Source of the DNA: Clostridia bacterium
GTDB taxonomy: Bacteria > Bacillota > Clostridia > Oscillospirales > CAG-272
Assembly: GCA_017938425.1 (NCBI GenBank)
Contig: JAGBBQ010000086.1
Coordinates: forward strand, 1 to 56,295
Reading direction: 5' to 3'
DNA: 56,295 nt
The notes under the pieces are model-generated. The model searched no databases. It saw only the letters and a list, made by a program, of their open reading frames with translations, and was not told the DNA's origin. The number at the start of each line of letters is the position of its first letter. Position 1 is the first letter of the stretch. Shown here in pieces: positions 52,177 through 56,295 of this stretch. The position numbers were made by a program, and so were the translations under genes.

Positions 52177-53538
52177 ATGGTCAGAAAAAAGAGATTTGCT
52201 TTGTCTACCACGCAAATAATATTGCTGAGCTTTCTTGTCACAATCCTGCTCGGAAGCTTGCTTCTTTCATTGCCGATCAGCTCTGCAAGCGGAGAAGCCG
52301 TGCCGTATCTTGACGCGCTCTTTACGGCAACCACCTCCACCTGCGTGACGGGACTCGTTACGCTTCCCACCGTGTCAACGTGGAGCGTATTCGGTCAGAT
52401 CGTCATATTGCTTTTGATACAGATCGGCGGTCTTGGCATCATCACCATTATGTCGGGGCTGATGCTTCTTCTCAATAAAAAAATGGGGATCGGCGACCGC
52501 TTGCTCATACAGGACGCATTCAATCTCAACACCATGGCGGGGCTTGCCGAGTTCGTTAAGAACGTACTGCTCGGCACGCTGGTCATCGAAGGGATCGGTG
52601 CCATTCTGTATATGCTCGTATTCGTTCCCGAATTCGGCGCAAGAGGTATCTGGATATCGATATTCAATTCGGTTTCCGCCTTTTGTAACGCCGGTATCGA
52701 CATTATTGCGGAAAACAGTCTTTGTAATTACGCCACAAATTTCCTGATCAACACCGTCACCTCCGTGCTCATCATACTCGGCGGTCTCGGCTATATCGTT
52801 TGGTGGGACGTGCTTCGTGTTGTGCGGAGCCGCTCTCCGAAAAATCGCAGGATATTCAGGCATCTGACCCTGCACTCCAAAATCGCGATCACCGTCACCG
52901 CGGGACTTATTACCGTCGGTGCGCTCCTCATTTTTATTTTTGAATATTCCAATCCCTTGACCATTGGAGAGATGTCTCTCTTTGATAAAATTCAGGTGTC
53001 CTTCTTCCAATCGGTCACCACGAGAACCGCGGGCTTTGCTACAATTTTGCAAGAGGATCTGACGAACGCCTCCGCTGCCGTATCGATCATTCTGATGATG
53101 ATCGGCGGCTCACCCGTGGGAACGGCAGGCGGTATGAAAACGGTAACCGTTGCAGTTCTTATCTGCGCGGCGACAGCCACCATCAGAAACAAAAGCAGCG
53201 CAACCCTGTTCGGACGCCGTCTTTCCGCGGGATCGGTGCAAAAGGCCGTTGCCGTGGCGGTAGCATTCCTTTCGATCTGCACCGCATCCGCCGTGCTTTT
53301 GATGGCGACGAGCAACGTCTCTGCCCTTGACGCGGTCTACGAAACGGTCAGCGCGACCGCGACCGTAGGTCTTTCGAGAAATCTGACGGCAACGCTTAAC
53401 ACATTCGGAAAGCTGCTCATCATAATAACGATGTATTTCGGCAGAGTCGGCCCCATCTCGCTTGCGGTGGCGCTCGGAAGCAAGAACGAAAGCCAGAACG
53501 TGATCGCCGAGCCGACGGCGGATATCAGTATAGGATAA
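52177..53538 (+). CDS. ktrB: TrkH/KtrB-family potassium uptake membrane subunit
   Basis: ALFTATTSTCVTGL, AFCNAGID, TTRTAGFAT and SATATVGLS pore-loop-like repeats (four MPM motifs). Start at MVRKKRF. Confidence 0.9.
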   Translation: MVRKKRFALSTTQIILLSFLVTILLGSLLLSLPISSASGEAVPYLDALFTATTSTCVTGLVTLPTVSTWSVFGQIVILLLIQIGGLGIITIMSGLMLLLNKKMGIGDRLLIQDAFNLNTMAGLAEFVKNVLLGTLVIEGIGAILYMLVFVPEFGARGIWISIFNSVSAFCNAGIDIIAENSLCNYATNFLINTVTSVLIILGGLGYIVWWDVLRVVRSRSPKNRRIFRHLTLHSKIAITVTAGLITVGALLIFIFEYSNPLTIGEMSLFDKIQVSFFQSVTTRTAGFATILQEDLTNASAAVSIILMMIGGSPVGTAGGMKTVTVAVLICAATATIRNKSSATLFGRRLSAGSVQKAVAVAVAFLSICTASAVLLMATSNVSALDAVYETVSATATVGLSRNLTATLNTFGKLLIIITMYFGRVGPISLAVALGSKNESQNVIAEPTADISIG

Positions 53539-53550
53539 AGGAGAAAAGAC

Positions 53551-54201
53551 ATGAAGGTAAAGAAAACATACGCAGTCTTCGGACTCGGCAGATACGGCAC
53601 GGCCGTAGCAAAAGAGCTTGTGGAGAACGGCATGGAGGTCATCGCCGTTGATAGCGAGGAAAGGATCGTCAACGATGCGGCAGCCTATCTGCCCGTGTGC
53701 AAATGCGCCGACGTGACCGACGCGGAGGTCATCTCCCGTCTTGGGATCGGCAATATCGATACGGTCATCATTTGTATGGCAAGCAATCTCGAAGCAAGCG
53801 TGATGGCGATCACGCTTTGCAAGGAGGCGGGCGTCAAGACCGTGATTGCCAAATGTGCCAACGAGATGCATCAGAAAATACTGCTTCGCGTGGGCGCGGA
53901 TCGGGTCGTTTTTCCCGAAACCGAATCGGGGATCCGTCTCGCCAAGAATCTGCTCAGCTCCGGCTTCATTGATATGCTCTCCCTGTCCAAGGATGTATCG
54001 GTGGTAGAGATCAACGTGAAGGACGAGTGGCGCGGCAAAAACCTGATCGAATTGAATCTGCGCAAAAAATACGGCTTCAATATCGTCGCTATCAAGGAGG
54101 GCGAAAGGGTCAACGTTAACATCAATCCCGAGCAGGTGCTTGACGGAGAGACCACGCTGATCGTTATTGCAAATACGGCAAGTTTAGGAAAGCTGAAATA
54201 A
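53551..54201 (+). CDS. ktrA: TrkA/KtrA-family potassium uptake regulatory subunit (RCK_N + RCK_C)
   Basis: YAVFGLGRYGTAVAKELVENGMEVIAVD Rossmann motif and a C-terminal RCK_C region (EINVKDEWRGKNLIELNLRKKYGFNIVAIKEG). Confidence 0.92.
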   Translation: MKVKKTYAVFGLGRYGTAVAKELVENGMEVIAVDSEERIVNDAAAYLPVCKCADVTDAEVISRLGIGNIDTVIICMASNLEASVMAITLCKEAGVKTVIAKCANEMHQKILLRVGADRVVFPETESGIRLAKNLLSSGFIDMLSLSKDVSVVEINVKDEWRGKNLIELNLRKKYGFNIVAIKEGERVNVNINPEQVLDGETTLIVIANTASLGKLK

Positions 54202-54205
54202 GCGC

Positions 54206-54243
54206 GAGGGCTGACGAAATCGATCGTCAGCCCTCAAAATTTG
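54206..54243 (+). terminator. Hairpin terminator after ktrA
   Basis: gagggctgacga-aatcga-tcgtcagccctc, a 12-bp perfect stem with a weak U-tract (aaaattt). Confidence 0.65.
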
Positions 54244-54275
54244 CGTCGGAGGAAACAAATAAAACGTCCAAGAAG

Positions 54276-54327
54276 AAAAACTGCCTCTTACGCTTACAAA
54301 TCAGATAAAAGTAAGCGTGAAAGGCAG
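54276..54327 (-). terminator. Rho-independent terminator of the minus-strand ATPase gene
   Basis: The minus strand reads ctgcctttcacgcttac-ttttatctgattt-gtaagcgtaagaggcag followed by ttttt. Confidence 0.8.
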
Positions 54328-54336
54328 GTAAATCTG

Positions 54337-55638
54337 TTACATCTCCAAGCTGTCGATCTTAAGGAGAAAATCGTAAATGCTCATAATGAGATAGCCTTTT
54401 TCGTTGGTCCAAGGCTTGATAATATCACCAACGATAATAATCTTCTTAAACGAATCATCAATGTGATCAAGAGAAGCAGTCTCTTGATCCATTTTTTCTC
54501 TGTCGGGGATTGCAAAAGCGGATTGGATATAATATCTCTTACTTCCGAGATTGCATACAAAGTCTACCTCGGAGTGAACGGTAGTTCGTTTTCCTTCTGC
54601 GTTCTTACGAGTGTAGTTTACAATACCAACATCAACGTTATAGCCACGAATCAAAAGCTCGTTATAAATGATGTTCTCCATAATATGAGTACGCTCTTGC
54701 TGACGGAAATTCAGCGCAGCGTTACGCAAACCGATATCGGTAAAGTAATATTTGAATGGACTGTCAATATATTTTCGTCCCTTGACATCGTATCGCTCTG
54801 CGCGATTGATAATAAAAGCGTTGGTTAAATAGGTGATATAGTTTGAAACGGTAACCTCGGAGGTGCTGATCTGCGAGCTTTTGAAGGTTTTCGCAAGCTT
54901 GGGGGGATTGGTGAGTGAACCGATAGCAGATGCTAAAATCTCAACGAGCGTGTCCATTACCACGTCACCCCCGATATTATGGCGTTCGATAACGTCCTTA
55001 ATATAGGTTTCGCTGAGGTTATCGCGAAGATATTTGGATTTGTCTGCATCGCGCTTTTTAGATAAAACCAACGGCAGACCTCCGTAGGTCGAATACTCGG
55101 TGAATGCCTCGTATTTATCGCCTTCATACACGGAGAAGAATTCCGAGAAGGAAAGCGGATACACGCGCACCTCATCGCCTCTGCCACGGAATTCGGTCAT
55201 AACGTCCGATGAAAGAAATCTGGAATTACTGCCTGTGATATACACGTCAACATTGTTGCGGCGTAAAAGACCGTTCAGGATACCGTAAAGACGGATAGGC
55301 TCGTTTTTGCGAAGCTCCTCGCCCGAAATAGCGAACTGAACCTCGTCGAGCAGAACGTAGTACATATCCTTGCCGTCCGAGATTTTGCTGTGCAGAAATT
55401 CGGATAATCTATCAGGATCACGCAGCTGTTTATTATCATCGTCGTCAAGAGCAACCTTGATAATATGATCCTCGCTTACACCGTTTTCAAGAAGATAGTT
55501 ATAGTACAGGTTAAATAGCAAATAACTTTTACCGCATCTGCGAATGCCGGTGATTATTTTGATAAGGCCATTTTCTTTTCTGTCGATGATCTGATTTAAA
55601 TAAAGGTCACGGTTAATACTCTTCATATATGTCTCCAC
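54337..55638 (-). CDS. AAA+ ATPase with a C-terminal DUF4143-type domain (COG1373-like ATP-binding protein)
   Basis: Walker A in ITGIRRCGKSYLL, Walker B in MYYVLLDEVQ. The C-terminal part has a restriction-endonuclease-like pattern (GYNVDVG ... EVDFVC ... YYIQS). 433 aa. Confidence 0.8.
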   Translation of the reverse strand: METYMKSINRDLYLNQIIDRKENGLIKIITGIRRCGKSYLLFNLYYNYLLENGVSEDHIIKVALDDDDNKQLRDPDRLSEFLHSKISDGKDMYYVLLDEVQFAISGEELRKNEPIRLYGILNGLLRRNNVDVYITGSNSRFLSSDVMTEFRGRGDEVRVYPLSFSEFFSVYEGDKYEAFTEYSTYGGLPLVLSKKRDADKSKYLRDNLSETYIKDVIERHNIGGDVVMDTLVEILASAIGSLTNPPKLAKTFKSSQISTSEVTVSNYITYLTNAFIINRAERYDVKGRKYIDSPFKYYFTDIGLRNAALNFRQQERTHIMENIIYNELLIRGYNVDVGIVNYTRKNAEGKRTTVHSEVDFVCNLGSKRYYIQSAFAIPDREKMDQETASLDHIDDSFKKIIIVGDIIKPWTNEKGYLIMSIYDFLLKIDSLEM

Positions 55639-55758
55639 TTTGTGATTTTATGCAAATGCAAGGTTTTACAAAGTAATAATACCATATTATCCCCTAAAAG
55701 TCAAGAGATATTCGACAATTCACTTTTTGATTTTATGCAAGTACAAGGTTTCACAAAG
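55636..55758. repeat. Two 38-nt direct repeats (55636-55673 and 55721-55758), each containing an imperfect inverted repeat
   Basis: cactttGtgattttatgcaaAtGcaaggtttTacaaag versus cactttTtgattttatgcaaGtAcaaggtttCacaaag (34 of 38 identical). They lie in the upstream/5' region of the ATPase gene, and each ends in ...(t/c)acaaag, mirroring the 5' cttt(g/t)tga. Confidence 0.8.
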
Positions 55759-56048
55759 CAAAAGTGCCATCTCCTCTCAAAAATTGCATCGCTGTAAGCA
55801 AAGAAAACGCTCGGCGAAAAAGTTGGATTTATTTTCGAAAAGTGCCGGACTTCCTCCCTCTTCTGTGGTATGTTGTGCGAACAGGAGTTGCAAAAGGACA
55901 CATAATAGGCGAATAGAATAACAAGGCATCGGTGAAAAATCCGATGCTTTTTTAATAAAAACGCGCGTAAATTCATCAAGAATTATTGACGAAACAGCGA
56001 TTTTATGATATAATATGACATATTAAGAATGAATATGGAGGAAAATGA

Positions 56049-56270
56049 ATGACTCTGTCACAGAAGGTAAGATACATAAGAGCCGAGAGATTACTAAGCC
56101 AACAGGAATTTGCCGATGCGGTGGGCGTTTCCTATTCCACCGTCAGCCGCTGGGAGCGTGAAAATCGCAAGCCGCAGGCGAGAGCCATCGGCAAGCTCAT
56201 AATTTGGTGCAAGGAAAACGTTATAGATTTATCGGACGTGGAGGAACACTATAATGAGAATAAAACGTAA
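56049..56270 (+). CDS. XRE-family helix-turn-helix transcriptional regulator (73 aa)
   Basis: LSQKVRYIRAERLLSQQEFADAVGVSYSTVSRWERENRKP, the canonical HTH_3 pattern. ATG lies 6 nt after ggagga. Confidence 0.85.
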   Translation: MTLSQKVRYIRAERLLSQQEFADAVGVSYSTVSRWERENRKPQARAIGKLIIWCKENVIDLSDVEEHYNENKT

Positions 56271-56295
56271 GTTTATACATATTTTTTCGTTTTTA

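Noticed and set aside
55701-55979. ORFs 55701..55979 (-) and 55727..55921 (+) in the AT-rich spacer between the ATPase and XRE genes.
   Set aside because: They overlap each other on opposite strands and lack an RBS. They span the duplicated 38-nt elements and have odd composition (Cys/Phe/Ser-rich or Lys/Ser-rich). A small regulatory protein cannot be fully excluded.

Overview
A 56.3-kb chromosomal window from a high-GC Firmicute. It looks like a Clostridia-type gut anaerobe, judging from AGGAGG-type ribosome-binding sites, sigma-A promoters, a bile-salt-hydrolase family gene and the gene content; this is inference. About 50 genes are supported.

Layout:
- 1-384: a tandem 128-bp repeat array, cut by the window edge.
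- 365-4382 (minus strand): a large membrane-anchored papain-fold/DUF11-type protein and a TetR-CPBP protease pair.
- 4572-14377: a complete aromatic amino-acid supraoperon (aminotransferase, pheA, aroB, aroC, fused aroE-aroK, aroQ, aroA, tyrA, DAHP synthase) ending in an ECF S-component.
- 14431-19937: housekeeping genes (nnr, cytidylate-kinase-like, nucleotidyltransferase, yajC, gpsA).
- 19973-23078: two tandem paralogous beta-helix genes.
- 23099-23805: an array of about 280-nt, highly structured repeats.
- 23820-41029: an RpiR-controlled 14-gene sugar/amino-sugar catabolic operon with an unusual enzyme mix and no transporter.
- 41324-45495: a MarR, HxxxDG-acyltransferase, zinc-ribbon membrane protein, GNAT-like, GtrA cluster.
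- 45665-47966: an unknown 535-aa membrane protein followed by LemA.
- 48006-54201: a short MocR/PdxR-like regulator divergent from pdxK, then Mn-catalase, choloylglycine hydrolase and ktrBA.
- From about 54240: an AT-richer segment with a DUF4143-type AAA ATPase and an XRE regulator.

No rRNA, tRNA, CRISPR array, transposase or integrase was seen. The most interesting unexplained signals are the two related structured repeat arrays (1-384 and 23099-23805), which show compensatory stem changes, and the orphan catabolic operon.

Many long antisense ORFs in the track are GC-driven shadow ORFs. All functional calls come from motif and family recognition by eye; no database search was run.
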